A DNA stretch of 63,736 nucleotides, filler included, from an uncultured Thermoplasmatales archaeon (lineage in GTDB: Archaea > Thermoplasmatota > E2 > DHVEG-1): the NCBI GenBank assembly GCA_964517155.1. It is 4 parts of 4 records of this genome, joined end to end, with 100 filler letters (N's around TTAATTAATTAA, not from the genome) between each part and the next. Parts side by side here need not be neighbours in the genome. Positions count along the whole stretch, not along the records: positions 1 to 28,466 come from CAZFAZ010000035.1; 3 more parts are not named here. One strand, 5' to 3'. Both the position numbers and the translations under genes were made by a program. Each line of letters begins with the position of its first letter. The stretch's first letter is position 1. A model generated the notes under the pieces. The model was not told the DNA's origin and ran no database searches. It worked only from the letters and a program-made list of their open reading frames with translations. Of the stretch, positions 1 to 9,318 are shown piece by piece.

Positions 1-1
1 A

Positions 2-139
2 AAAGAAGGTTTAGTTGAACCATCTGCAAGAGGTGCTGTAACTACTGAGAACATAGATGTTATTATTAAACGTTTAAAAGACAACATCATCGATGTAAAT
101 ATTGCCTATAATGAACTTTTAAAAAAACTAGAATATTAA
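2..139 (+). CDS. 3' end of an unidentified protein (partial, runs off window start)
   Basis: Open frame KEGLVEPSARGAVTTENIDVIIKRLKDNIIDVNIAYNELLKKLEY* ending TAA at 137-139; same strand as the downstream genes. Confidence 0.6.
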   Translation, partial: KEGLVEPSARGAVTTENIDVIIKRLKDNIIDVNIAYNELLKKLEY

Positions 140-189
140 CTTAAATTAACAAAAATGCAGAGATAAATTTACTAATAAAATGTGATAAT

Positions 190-516
190 ATGAAATATAC
201 GCCCTGTGAATATATAGTATGGCATGGATTGCCTGTCTTAAGAAAGGAAATTGCTAAATGTATGATTAATAATTTTAATCTTAATGAAAAAGAAACTGCA
301 GATAAACTAGGGATTACTCCTGCTGCTGTTTCTCAATATTTGTCTGGTAAAAGAGGAAATTTTGATGTTACTGATGTAGCAATTCTTGAAGAAATAAAAA
401 TATCTGCAGAAAGAATTTTCAATAATGGAAATGGATCTGTTGTCCCGGAAATATGTAGACTCTGTAAATTATTTACATCAGAAGGAATATTTTTTGTAGG
501 AGATAATAAAAAATGA
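190..516 (+). CDS. Archaeal HTH transcriptional regulator (COG2522-like)
   Basis: PCE..V...LP.LR N-terminus, HTH ETADKLGITPAAVSQYLSGKRG, C-terminal CxxC. Confidence 0.8.
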   Translation: MKYTPCEYIVWHGLPVLRKEIAKCMINNFNLNEKETADKLGITPAAVSQYLSGKRGNFDVTDVAILEEIKISAERIFNNGNGSVVPEICRLCKLFTSEGIFFVGDNKK

Positions 517-737
517 AATTGACATTTGAAGGTTATTTGTTCAACAGGTTAGAAAAAATCGGTAACAAAAATTACAATCATGTAGGTTGTGAAGGAGAAA
601 ATAGTGAATTTGGTGATTTTTTAACTCATTTTGTACCAGAGTTGGGAATGAAAAGAAGAGTTAAATTTACAATAGACTCGCTTGAGGATCCTAAGATTGT
701 AAAAGAATACAGAGAGGACATTGGGAGGAGAATATGA
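513..737 (+). CDS. Hypothetical protein
   Basis: 74 aa ORF overlapping the upstream gene's end, operon-like packing. Confidence 0.6.
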   Translation: MKLTFEGYLFNRLEKIGNKNYNHVGCEGENSEFGDFLTHFVPELGMKRRVKFTIDSLEDPKIVKEYREDIGRRI

Positions 738-738
738 G

Positions 739-1308
739 ATGATGAACATTAGTAAAAATAAATGTGTAGGTTGTGGGATTTGTGAAATTGAATGTCCCGA
801 AAACTCCATATCTGTTGATTTAAAGATAGGGATTGCAGTTTTTGATAGAGCTAGATGTATTGATTGTAGACTGTGTTTAAAAAATTGTCCACAAAACGCT
901 ATAAAAAATATAACAGAAGATTTAGTTATTGCTATTGGAACAGATAATAAAAAAATAATAAAACCAGATGAACATTTTGGTATGTCAAAATATTTTCAAA
1001 TATGGACGTATTCTAATGGGGAGATTTTTTTAAAAGAAACAAGGGAAAATGCAAAATATGAAGAGGATGAGACAATAACTCATGGAGATCCAGCTAAAGC
1101 AAAAGCAACATCTTCAGTTTTAAAAGATGTTGATATTTTGGTTGGAAAGATAATGGGCCCAAATATAGAAAGATTGAAAAAAAGGTTTGTACCCGTAATT
1201 ATTAGAGAACCAGATATTAAAAAATCTCTCGAGATAATTAAAGAGAATATTAATGAAATTTTTGAAGAAAAAGAAAAGAGCAATAGAAGGGGGATTGTAT
1301 TACAGTGA
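739..1308 (+). CDS. 2x[4Fe-4S] ferredoxin fused to NifB/NifX (FeMo-cofactor-binding) domain
   Basis: Two CxxCxxCxxxCP motifs, then IAI.TD....HFGM..YF and DIL...MGPN typical of NifX family; GGAGG upstream of ATG 739. Confidence 0.85.
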   Translation: MMNISKNKCVGCGICEIECPENSISVDLKIGIAVFDRARCIDCRLCLKNCPQNAIKNITEDLVIAIGTDNKKIIKPDEHFGMSKYFQIWTYSNGEIFLKETRENAKYEEDETITHGDPAKAKATSSVLKDVDILVGKIMGPNIERLKKRFVPVIIREPDIKKSLEIIKENINEIFEEKEKSNRRGIVLQ

Positions 1309-1643
1309 AACTAAAGATAGACAAAGAAAGATGTATTGGTTGCAGTATCTGTGTAAGTGTCTGCCCAAGTGGATTTAAAATGGTTGATGGTAAAGCAGAA
1401 ATAAAAGATGAAAATGCAGATTGCCTAAAGGATGCTGCAGATGCTTGCCCTCAAAAAGCCATAGTTTTAAATGGAGAATATTACAAAAATAAAATAGGTA
1501 AAGCTACAAACCAGAATTATAACCAGTATATGCCAATTGGGCACGGAAGAGGCATGGGTGCAGGTAGAGGAAGAGGGCTTGGTAGAGGACCTAGAGATGG
1601 CAGAGGTGGTGGACGAGGTGGGGGTGGCAGAGGAAGATGGTAA
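1305..1643 (+). CDS. Mono-cluster ferredoxin with Gly/Arg-rich C-terminal tail
   Basis: CIGCSICVSVCP...AADACP; tail GHGRGMGAGRGRGLGRGPRDGRGGGRGGGGRGRW. Confidence 0.85.
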   Translation: MKLKIDKERCIGCSICVSVCPSGFKMVDGKAEIKDENADCLKDAADACPQKAIVLNGEYYKNKIGKATNQNYNQYMPIGHGRGMGAGRGRGLGRGPRDGRGGGRGGGGRGRW

Positions 1644-1687
1644 AAATTAGTTATATACCTTATTAGCAACAGGGAGATTAATGTTAT

Positions 1688-2923
1688 ATGAAAGATTTGG
1701 ATAGATTATATTCAGATAGAGCAAGTAAAATGCGGAAATCCGTAATAAGAGAGTTGTTAAAGGTTACTCAAGATCCTGAGATTATATCGTTTGCAGGGGG
1801 TCTGCCAAATCCAAAATCTTTTCCAATTGAAGATTTAGAAGGAGTCACTCAAGACGTTTATCGGCGATATGGAAAAACCGCGCTTCAATATGGTACCACG
1901 CAAGGACTTTTAGATTTAAGAAAAGCTATTGCAGAAAGAGCACAAAAAGAAGGTATAGAAGCAACTGATGAAAATATTATTATTTTTAGTGGATCTCAGC
2001 AAGCTTTAGATACAGTTGGTAAGATGTTTCTTAACCCAGGAGATGCCGCACTTGTTGGACTGCCTTCTTACTTAGGCGGAATTAATGCATTTAGGAGCTA
2101 TGAGAGTAACCTAACTGGGATACCTCTGGATAAAGATGGCATGCGGCTTGATATTCTTGAAGAAACAATTAAAAAACTACTCAAGGATGAAATTCTTCCA
2201 AAGTTTATCTACGTTATACCTACCTTTCAGAATCCTGCTGGTGTTATTATGCCTGAGTCACGGAGAAAAAAGCTAATAGAGATAGCAAATGAATATGACT
2301 TACTAATTGTAGAAGACGATCCATACAGTAAACTTCGTTTTGATGGAGGTTTTGTGAAACCTATCAAGGCTTTTGATGATGAGGATCATGTAATCTATAT
2401 GTCTACATTTTCAAAGATTTTGTCTCCTGGTTTTCGACTTGCTTGGACGGTTGCATCTGAGGATCTTACTCGTAGAATGGAGATATGTAAACAGGCGTTG
2501 GATCTGTGCACAAACACATTTATTCAGTTTATTGTCAACGAATTTATGAAGCGTGGTTCTTTGGATTTACATACTATGAAAATCTGTGAGATGTACAAAC
2601 CAAAGCGTGATATCATGATTAGTTCAATGAAGAAGTATTTTCCAAAGGGTTATGTTTGTCATAAGCCAAAGGGGGGAATGTTTGCTTGGGTGACGCTTCC
2701 AGAAGGAATTGATACTGAAAAGATGTTTTTAGATGCAATAGAAGAAAAAGTTGCTTATGTTTACGGTAAGGCATTTTGCGTTGATGGTAGTTGCGGTAAT
2801 TCAATGAGGCTGAATTTTTCTTATTCAACTGATGATCAAATAGATGAAGGCATGAAGAGACTTGGAAGAGTTATTGATAAAAACTTGAAAGATGAACGTG
2901 TTTCCAAAACTGTAACTACATAG
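1688..2923 (+). CDS. PLP-dependent aminotransferase class I/II (LysN/aromatic aminotransferase type)
   Basis: IISFAGGLP, FQNPAG, EDDPY, TFSKILSPGFRLAW. Confidence 0.92.
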   Translation: MKDLDRLYSDRASKMRKSVIRELLKVTQDPEIISFAGGLPNPKSFPIEDLEGVTQDVYRRYGKTALQYGTTQGLLDLRKAIAERAQKEGIEATDENIIIFSGSQQALDTVGKMFLNPGDAALVGLPSYLGGINAFRSYESNLTGIPLDKDGMRLDILEETIKKLLKDEILPKFIYVIPTFQNPAGVIMPESRRKKLIEIANEYDLLIVEDDPYSKLRFDGGFVKPIKAFDDEDHVIYMSTFSKILSPGFRLAWTVASEDLTRRMEICKQALDLCTNTFIQFIVNEFMKRGSLDLHTMKICEMYKPKRDIMISSMKKYFPKGYVCHKPKGGMFAWVTLPEGIDTEKMFLDAIEEKVAYVYGKAFCVDGSCGNSMRLNFSYSTDDQIDEGMKRLGRVIDKNLKDERVSKTVTT

Positions 2924-2951
2924 TAATCAATAAAATTTATTGGAGGATAGT

Positions 2952-3137
2952 ATGGATGAGAATTTATATGAACTAAAACAAAGTTTACAAGAATTAGAAA
3001 AACATGCAAAAGAAACAGCATCATTTTTGGTATCATATGAAGAAAACATCTATCTTGATCTAGTGAAACAACATACAGATAAATGTTTAAAAGAAATAAA
3101 TATCGCATTATCCTTTTTGTCTTTAACAGATAATTAG
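2952..3137 (+). CDS. Small hypothetical helical protein
   Basis: ATG 2952 preceded by GGAGG; sits within the operon. Confidence 0.6.
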   Translation: MDENLYELKQSLQELEKHAKETASFLVSYEENIYLDLVKQHTDKCLKEINIALSFLSLTDN

Positions 3138-3148
3138 AGGAAGAAAGT

Positions 3149-3448
3149 ATGGATTACCAATCAAAGTATCAGTTAAATGTAAAAAAACACAAAAACATAG
3201 TCACCACTATATCATATCCAAAAGTTGGTGCTATGGGGAAAACAGGTACTTGGAGAGTATTCAAACCTATTCTTGATAAAGATAAATGTGTAAAATGTTT
3301 GAGGTGTTGGATATTTTGCCCGGAAGCAGTAATTTGGAGAAACGAAGATGATTCTGTAGATATTGATTATGATTATTGTAAGGGATGTGGTATTTGTGCA
3401 AATGTATGCCCTGTGAAGGCGATAAAGATGGTGAGGGAGAGTAAATGA
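3149..3448 (+). CDS. porD: 2-oxoacid:ferredoxin oxidoreductase delta-subunit-like 2x[4Fe-4S] protein
   Basis: KTGTWRVFKP, CVKCLRCWIFCPE, DYDYCKGCGICANVCP. Confidence 0.88.
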   Translation: MDYQSKYQLNVKKHKNIVTTISYPKVGAMGKTGTWRVFKPILDKDKCVKCLRCWIFCPEAVIWRNEDDSVDIDYDYCKGCGICANVCPVKAIKMVRESK

Positions 3449-4968
3449 AAGAATTAGAAAAAACATATTCAGTTTGCCCAGCATGTTATCAAGAAGGAAA
3501 AATCAAAAAAATTCCTGCTGAAATTGTTGAAGAAAATGGAAAAGTATGGATTACTAAAAAGTGTGATAAACATGGTTCTTTTAAAGAAATATATTTTGGT
3601 GACTCTGTATTATATAAAAAATGGATGAAATATAAGGTTACAGGTGGACCATCTCCAGATGTTAAAACTAAAATTTTTGATGAGCCTGCATTATATGATG
3701 AACATAAATCTCAGACTGTTTTGACGAATCTTTTGATTACCAATAGATGTAACCTTAGATGTAGCTATTGTTTTATGAATGCTGGTGCTACTGGATATAT
3801 CTATGAGCCTTCTCTTGATAAAATTAGAGACATGTTAATACAAGCAAGAAATGAGCACCCAATAGGTTCTAAAGCACTTCAGATTACAGGAGGAGAACCT
3901 ACTATAAGAGAAGACCTTTTTGAAATAATTGATATGGGCAAAGAACTTGGTTTTTCACATATTCAAGTAAATACTAATGGGATAAAACTTGCAGAAAGTA
4001 TAAAATATTGTCAACATCTGAAGGATAGGAAAGTAAATACGATCTATATGAGTTTCGATGGAATGACAAAGGAAACTAATCCTTGGATTGACCAAGCAAA
4101 ACAAGCAATAAAAAACTTGCGCAAGGTAGATCTAAAAGTTGTTCTTGTCCCTGTGTTAATTGGTGATAAAAATGTCCATGAAGCTGGAGATATTGTTAAA
4201 TTTGCTTTAGATAATATGGATATTGTACGTGGTGTAAATTTTCAGCCGATATCTTTTTGTGGTCGTGTTAGTAGGATTAATGATGAAAAACGTGAGAAAC
4301 AACGTGTAGATTATGTAAGTATGTTAGAAGTTATTGAAAAAAGATTCAATGGTCAAATCTCACGAGATGACTTTTACCCTGTACCCTTTGTATATCCTAT
4401 TTCAAAACTTATTGAAATACTTAAAGGTGAAACTCAGGTGGAGTTCACAGCACATCCGGGTTGCGGAGGAGCAACATACTTGTTTTATGAGGATGGTAAA
4501 GTCATACCTGTTACTCGTTTCATTGACGTTGAGGCTATGTTTAAATTCATAGATAGACAAAGCAAAATCAAAGGTCCTTTGAAAAAGATAAGAGTTGGCG
4601 CTGCATTTATGAAAAATATTGATAAATTTGTTGATTATGATAAGGCCCCCCATGGTTTTAATCTAAAAAAACTTTTAAAAGATGCAGCGATTGGTGGAAA
4701 TTACGATTCACTAAGGGGATTTCATTACAATAGTCTATTTGTTGGAAGTATGTGGTTCCAAGATGCATTTAACCTAAATGTTGACCGTTTACAACGATGT
4801 GTAATTCATTATGTAACAGAAGAAGGAATTGTTCCATTCTGTGCATATAATGGTCTTGGAATCGGTGATAAAATCCGTGAGAAATATTCAATTAAAATTA
4901 AAGAGTGGGAAGCCAAAGCGGGCAGGAAGATTAAAGAAGATTTATGGAAAGGAGGGCCTATCAGTTAA
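3445..4968 (+). CDS. tes: Radical SAM tetraether lipid synthase (Tes/GDGT-MAS, MJ0619 family)
   Basis: N-terminal SVCPAC...KCDKHG metal site, CNLRCSYC, TGGEPT, RGVNFQP, HPGCG, C-terminal RCVIHY...PFCAYN; 507 aa. Confidence 0.82.
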   Translation: MKELEKTYSVCPACYQEGKIKKIPAEIVEENGKVWITKKCDKHGSFKEIYFGDSVLYKKWMKYKVTGGPSPDVKTKIFDEPALYDEHKSQTVLTNLLITNRCNLRCSYCFMNAGATGYIYEPSLDKIRDMLIQARNEHPIGSKALQITGGEPTIREDLFEIIDMGKELGFSHIQVNTNGIKLAESIKYCQHLKDRKVNTIYMSFDGMTKETNPWIDQAKQAIKNLRKVDLKVVLVPVLIGDKNVHEAGDIVKFALDNMDIVRGVNFQPISFCGRVSRINDEKREKQRVDYVSMLEVIEKRFNGQISRDDFYPVPFVYPISKLIEILKGETQVEFTAHPGCGGATYLFYEDGKVIPVTRFIDVEAMFKFIDRQSKIKGPLKKIRVGAAFMKNIDKFVDYDKAPHGFNLKKLLKDAAIGGNYDSLRGFHYNSLFVGSMWFQDAFNLNVDRLQRCVIHYVTEEGIVPFCAYNGLGIGDKIREKYSIKIKEWEAKAGRKIKEDLWKGGPIS

Positions 4969-5020
4969 TTAAATATTGCTAAATGAAATTATATGTTTTA
5001 CTGATACTCATTTGAAATGT

Positions 5021-5458
5021 ATGTTAAAAAAATACTTAAAGCTGTTAAGAAAAAATTCAATCAAAATCACTCCTCAAAGGTTAGAAATACTAAGATACTT
5101 AGATACTAGTAGAGCACATCCAACAGCTGACCAAATCTATTTATACCTTAAAGAAAAAAACCCTTCACTTTCGAAAACAACAGTTTATAACTCATTAGAA
5201 ATATTCAAAAAACATAGTATTATTCAAACGCTTACTATTTCAGGTTCTGAACTAAGATATGACTACGTAACCAAAATGCATCATCATTTCTTTTGCACAA
5301 AATGTGGCAGAATCTATGACATAAATTTCAAATGCCCAAGTGTAGAAACGGTTCGCCAGAGGATTGAGTTAGAAGGACATCATGTTGATGAAACATGTGG
5401 ATATTCTAAAGGCATTTGTAAAGACTGCCTACAAAAAAATAATAGTGAGATATCTTAA
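5021..5458 (+). CDS. Fur/PerR family transcriptional regulator
   Basis: KITPQR, HPTAD, SKTTVYNSL, HHHFFCTKCG, GICKDC. Confidence 0.92.
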   Translation: MLKKYLKLLRKNSIKITPQRLEILRYLDTSRAHPTADQIYLYLKEKNPSLSKTTVYNSLEIFKKHSIIQTLTISGSELRYDYVTKMHHHFFCTKCGRIYDINFKCPSVETVRQRIELEGHHVDETCGYSKGICKDCLQKNNSEIS

Positions 5459-5468
5459 GGTATAAAAT

Positions 5469-6374
5469 ATGAAAAAAATAGATAAAACGTTAGAGGAAAT
5501 TAGACTTTTGAAAAATAATAAAAATGCCATCCTCCTTGCGCATGTCTATCAGCCAGGAGAAATTCAAGATATAGCAGATTTTACCGGGGATTCTTTAGAT
5601 CTAAGTAAAAAAGCTGTTAGTACTTCTGCCGATGTAATTGTTTTTTGTGGTGTAAAATTTATGGCCGAAAATGCCTCTATTCTTAACCCAGATAAAACTG
5701 TTCTTTTACCAGATGAAAATGCGGGTTGTGGATTAGCAGATATGGCTACTGTTGAACAGCTAAAAATTAAGAAAAAGGAATATCCAAATGCAGCAGTTGT
5801 GAGCTATGTAAATAGTTCAGCGGCAGTTAAAGCCGAGTCTGATATTTGTTGTACTTCAGCTAATGCTGTAAGGGTAGTAAAATCTCTGCATCAAGATCAA
5901 ATCTTATTTCCTCCTGATAAAAACTTAGGAGGGTATGTAGCTGAATGTACCGGCAAAGAGATTATTTTATGGGATGGATTCTGCTATGTTCATGAAAATA
6001 TCACGTTAAACCAGCTAAAAAGATTAAAGAAAACAAAACCAAATGCAGAGATAATTGTCCATCCTGAATGTACAACCACGGTAAGACATGCAGCAGATTT
6101 TGTTGGGAGTACTTCGCAGATGTCACAACATGTAGCACAAACAGGTCAACAAGAGTTTATTGTTGGAACAGAGGATAACTTTGTATATCGATTGAGGGAT
6201 GATAACCCTAGTAAAGTTTTCTATCCAGTTGGGACTCGTTGTACAGGTATGAACCAAATAACTCTATTAAAAATAAAACTATCTTTGGAAAATATGAAAC
6301 ATGAGGTTATTGTTTCTGAAGAAATACGAATAAAAGCTAAAAATGCTTTAGATAAAATGTTGAAGGTAATATGA
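5469..6374 (+). CDS. nadA: Quinolinate synthase
   Basis: LAHVYQ, GDSL, FCGVKFMAE, GCGLAD, YVNSSA, GFCYVH, HPEC, three cluster Cys. Confidence 0.95.
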   Translation: MKKIDKTLEEIRLLKNNKNAILLAHVYQPGEIQDIADFTGDSLDLSKKAVSTSADVIVFCGVKFMAENASILNPDKTVLLPDENAGCGLADMATVEQLKIKKKEYPNAAVVSYVNSSAAVKAESDICCTSANAVRVVKSLHQDQILFPPDKNLGGYVAECTGKEIILWDGFCYVHENITLNQLKRLKKTKPNAEIIVHPECTTTVRHAADFVGSTSQMSQHVAQTGQQEFIVGTEDNFVYRLRDDNPSKVFYPVGTRCTGMNQITLLKIKLSLENMKHEVIVSEEIRIKAKNALDKMLKVI

Positions 6375-7396
6375 AAGAAGCAATGTTTTACGAGAAGCTT
6401 GAAAACAACAAGGTTAAATGTAATCTTTGTTATCATCGATGTATTATACCAGAGGGAAAAAAAGGAGTATGTGAGGTCAGGGAAAACAGAAATGGCAAAC
6501 TTTATACATTAGTGTATGGAAAATTAGCTTCAAGCCATATAGATCCTATCGAGAAGAAACCATTGTTTCATTTTTATCCAGGGTCAACAGCATATTCAAT
6601 AGCAACAATGGGATGTAATTTCCATTGTCTACATTGTCAGAACTGGGAAATCTCCCAAGTTACAAAGGAAATAATTGGTGAAGATATTTCCCCTGAAAAT
6701 GTCGTTGAAAATGCTTTAGATAACAACTGCCAGTCTATAGCATATACTTACACTGAACCAACTATATTTTATGAATATGCATACGATATCGCTAAAATTG
6801 CGCATAAAAAAGGTTTAAAAAATCTCTTTATAAGCAATGGTTACATCTGCGAGGAGGCATTAAAGGAGATTTCTCCCTATTTAGACGCAGCAAATATAGA
6901 TTTAAAAGCTATGAATGATGGTTTTTATAAAAAGGTCTGTGGTGCTCGACTTCAACCAGTTCTAGACAATATCAAACTTCATCATGAACTTGGAATATGG
7001 GTTGAAGTGACAACGCTTCTTATACCTGGCTATAACGATTCTTCAAATGAGCTGCAGAGTATCGCAGATTTTATAATTGAAATAGATGCTTGTATCCCCT
7101 GGCATGTCACAGCTTTTTATCCAACATACAAGCTAAATAGTGTGTCATCAACGCCCGTAGAAACCTTAAGAAAAGCTGCTGCGATAGGTAAAAGTGCGGG
7201 ATTGGAATATGTCTACCAAGGAAATATCGACCAGGGGGAAAATACTTATTGCCCAAATTGCGGGAAACTTCTGATTCAGAGAAAGATGTTTAATACAACT
7301 CTGAACAACATTGAGAATGAGCGTTGCCCCTTTTGTGGGAAACACATAGCAGGTGTAGCCATGAATAAAAATGGGGGGAAAAATACTTTACTATGA
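6371..7396 (+). CDS. amrS: AmmeMemoRadiSam-system radical SAM enzyme
   Basis: CNLCYHRC N-terminus, DPIEKKPLFHF, GCNFHCLHCQNW, AYTYTEP, C-terminal CPNCG..CPFCG. Confidence 0.9.
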   Translation: MKEAMFYEKLENNKVKCNLCYHRCIIPEGKKGVCEVRENRNGKLYTLVYGKLASSHIDPIEKKPLFHFYPGSTAYSIATMGCNFHCLHCQNWEISQVTKEIIGEDISPENVVENALDNNCQSIAYTYTEPTIFYEYAYDIAKIAHKKGLKNLFISNGYICEEALKEISPYLDAANIDLKAMNDGFYKKVCGARLQPVLDNIKLHHELGIWVEVTTLLIPGYNDSSNELQSIADFIIEIDACIPWHVTAFYPTYKLNSVSSTPVETLRKAAAIGKSAGLEYVYQGNIDQGENTYCPNCGKLLIQRKMFNTTLNNIENERCPFCGKHIAGVAMNKNGGKNTLL

Positions 7397-7459
7397 CATT
7401 TAATTGAACACATCAGTTTATAGTTTAAGAATAGATTTTATCAAGGAGTAGGATACCAA

Positions 7460-7708
7460 ATGGTTAATGATTGGGTGAAACAACATAGGAGAATAAAAAA
7501 AGCGGTTGACGAGAAAAAGGACTGTGTTAATATTTATGATATTTCAAGAGAAGTGAATGAATCTGCTTTGATTGTTAAGCAACATTTTGAAATTATGAAA
7601 ATAGATGGATATGGGAATTTCATGGATAAAGAGAAGAAAATATTCTGCACGGTTAGAACCCCATCTAAAGTTCTTGAGTATATTGCTAAAAATAAGGAAA
7701 AAATTTAA
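7460..7708 (+). CDS. Hypothetical protein, possible winged helix
   Basis: 82 aa ORF with AGGAG upstream; NIYDISREV..HTH-like. Confidence 0.65.
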   Translation: MVNDWVKQHRRIKKAVDEKKDCVNIYDISREVNESALIVKQHFEIMKIDGYGNFMDKEKKIFCTVRTPSKVLEYIAKNKEKI

Positions 7709-7772
7709 TACAGATAGATAACTTACGTTTGGATTTAAAATAATATTTAATGACAAAATAAATGTGATAATT

Positions 7773-8324
7773 ATGATAAATATTAAAGAATGGAGGGAAG
7801 ACATCGAAAGAGTTCGTAAAGAAAAAGATGTGTTCTTTGGCAGCGGTCATCCGCAATCACCAATACCACCTGATAGATTATTGCAGTTTAAAGGACTTAA
7901 TTATTATCCTCTAGATTCTAAGTACAGATTCGAGATTGCTCTTCATGAACATAAAGAAAAAAAATTATTAAAAGTAAAAGACTCAAAAGGAGGGGAACGT
8001 GAGTTAATTCGCTGGGGCGAATTCCGTTTCAAAATTGAGGATAAGAACTGCATACTTCAGACATATAAAAGTAGTCCTGCGGAAGAAAATGTATCTGTGC
8101 TTTTCCGTGATGCTACAAGCGGTAAGGAAACTTATGGAGCAGGACGTTATCTTGACCTTGAACCTGGAACACATCAAAATCCAGATGGAAAATGGATTCT
8201 CGATTTTAATTTAGCATATACTCCCTGGTGTGCATATAGTGAGAACTACGTATGTCCTTTTGTTCCACCTGAAAACTGGCTTGATGTTCCTGTTCTTGCT
8301 GGTGAGAAAATGTATAAACAATAA
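7773..8324 (+). CDS. DUF1684 family protein
   Basis: FRDATSGKETYGAGRYL, LDFNLAYTPWCAYS..YVCP..PPEN. Confidence 0.9.
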   Translation: MINIKEWREDIERVRKEKDVFFGSGHPQSPIPPDRLLQFKGLNYYPLDSKYRFEIALHEHKEKKLLKVKDSKGGERELIRWGEFRFKIEDKNCILQTYKSSPAEENVSVLFRDATSGKETYGAGRYLDLEPGTHQNPDGKWILDFNLAYTPWCAYSENYVCPFVPPENWLDVPVLAGEKMYKQ

Positions 8325-8375
8325 AAAAACGAAAAATCAGTTACAGTCGTATTTGTTATATGAAGCGGTGAAGAT

Positions 8376-8813
8376 ATGATGGTTAAAAGATCAGAAAAAG
8401 CAAAAACGATGAGGAAGCTTATAAAAGCTATATGGGTTTTTAACTGGTTTAACTCCTGTGGATTTGCTGAATTGGTGCCAGTTGTGGGTTCTAGATGGGA
8501 TATGGAAAGATTTGGAATGATTATTGTTGGAACACCTCGACATGCTGACGTTTTATTTATTGCTGGTTATCAAACCCTTAAGTCAATCAAAAGAGCACAA
8601 AGAGTATACGAACAGATGGCTGAGCCTAGAGTTGTAATTGCTTTAGGTTCATGTACTATGACTGGTGGCATGTATTGGGATTCTTATAATACAATCAAGA
8701 GATTAGAGGATTATTTACCCGTTACTATGTATATACCAGGATGTCCACCTAGACCAGAAGCGGTATTTGAAGCCTGTGAGAAAATTTTTCAGCATGTAAA
8801 GGAGTTAGAATAA
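8376..8813 (+). CDS. NuoB/MbxJ-like Fe-S subunit
   Basis: WDMERFG, TPRHAD, YEQMAEPR, GSCTMTGG, YIPGCPPRPE. Confidence 0.9.
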   Translation: MMVKRSEKAKTMRKLIKAIWVFNWFNSCGFAELVPVVGSRWDMERFGMIIVGTPRHADVLFIAGYQTLKSIKRAQRVYEQMAEPRVVIALGSCTMTGGMYWDSYNTIKRLEDYLPVTMYIPGCPPRPEAVFEACEKIFQHVKELE

Positions 8814-8814
8814 A

Positions 8815-9318
8815 ATGGCCATAAAAGGAACTGAGTTAATCGATGAGATAAAATCCAAGTTTAAAGCTAATGGAATAATTCAGAGGGAACAAAGGATATG
8901 GATAACTACAGATGCAAATAAACTAATGGAGATGTGTACATGGCTAAAAGACCATGGATTTATTCATCTATCGATGATATCTGTTACCGATTGGTTAAAG
9001 GATAGGAATTATGAGGTTACCTATCATCTGTGGTCATACAATGATAAAATACTTGTTACTATAAAAACAAAAATTGGTAGAGAGAATCCAGTTATCAGCT
9101 CTGTAACTTCCATCTGGGGAGAGAACGCTCAGATACATGAACGCGAACTTCACGAATTATTTGGTGTAAAATTTGAGGGTAATCTTAATTTATCTCCCCT
9201 CTTTTTGGAGGATTGGGAAAATATGCCCCCATTCAGAAAGGATTTTGAATGGAGAGAATATGTGAGAGAAAAGTTTTATGATAAAAAAAATGAGAGAGAA
9301 AAGGTTTACTATGATTAA
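8815..9318 (+). CDS. NuoC/MbxK-like subunit
   Basis: HLSMISVTDW, ERELHELFGVKFEGN, PPFRKDF. Confidence 0.9.
   Translation: MAIKGTELIDEIKSKFKANGIIQREQRIWITTDANKLMEMCTWLKDHGFIHLSMISVTDWLKDRNYEVTYHLWSYNDKILVTIKTKIGRENPVISSVTSIWGENAQIHERELHELFGVKFEGNLNLSPLFLEDWENMPPFRKDFEWREYVREKFYDKKNEREKVYYD

Noticed and set aside
739..1308. Nitrogen fixation from the NifX-like domain
   Set aside because: No nifHDK/ENB present; the domain is common in non-diazotrophic anaerobes
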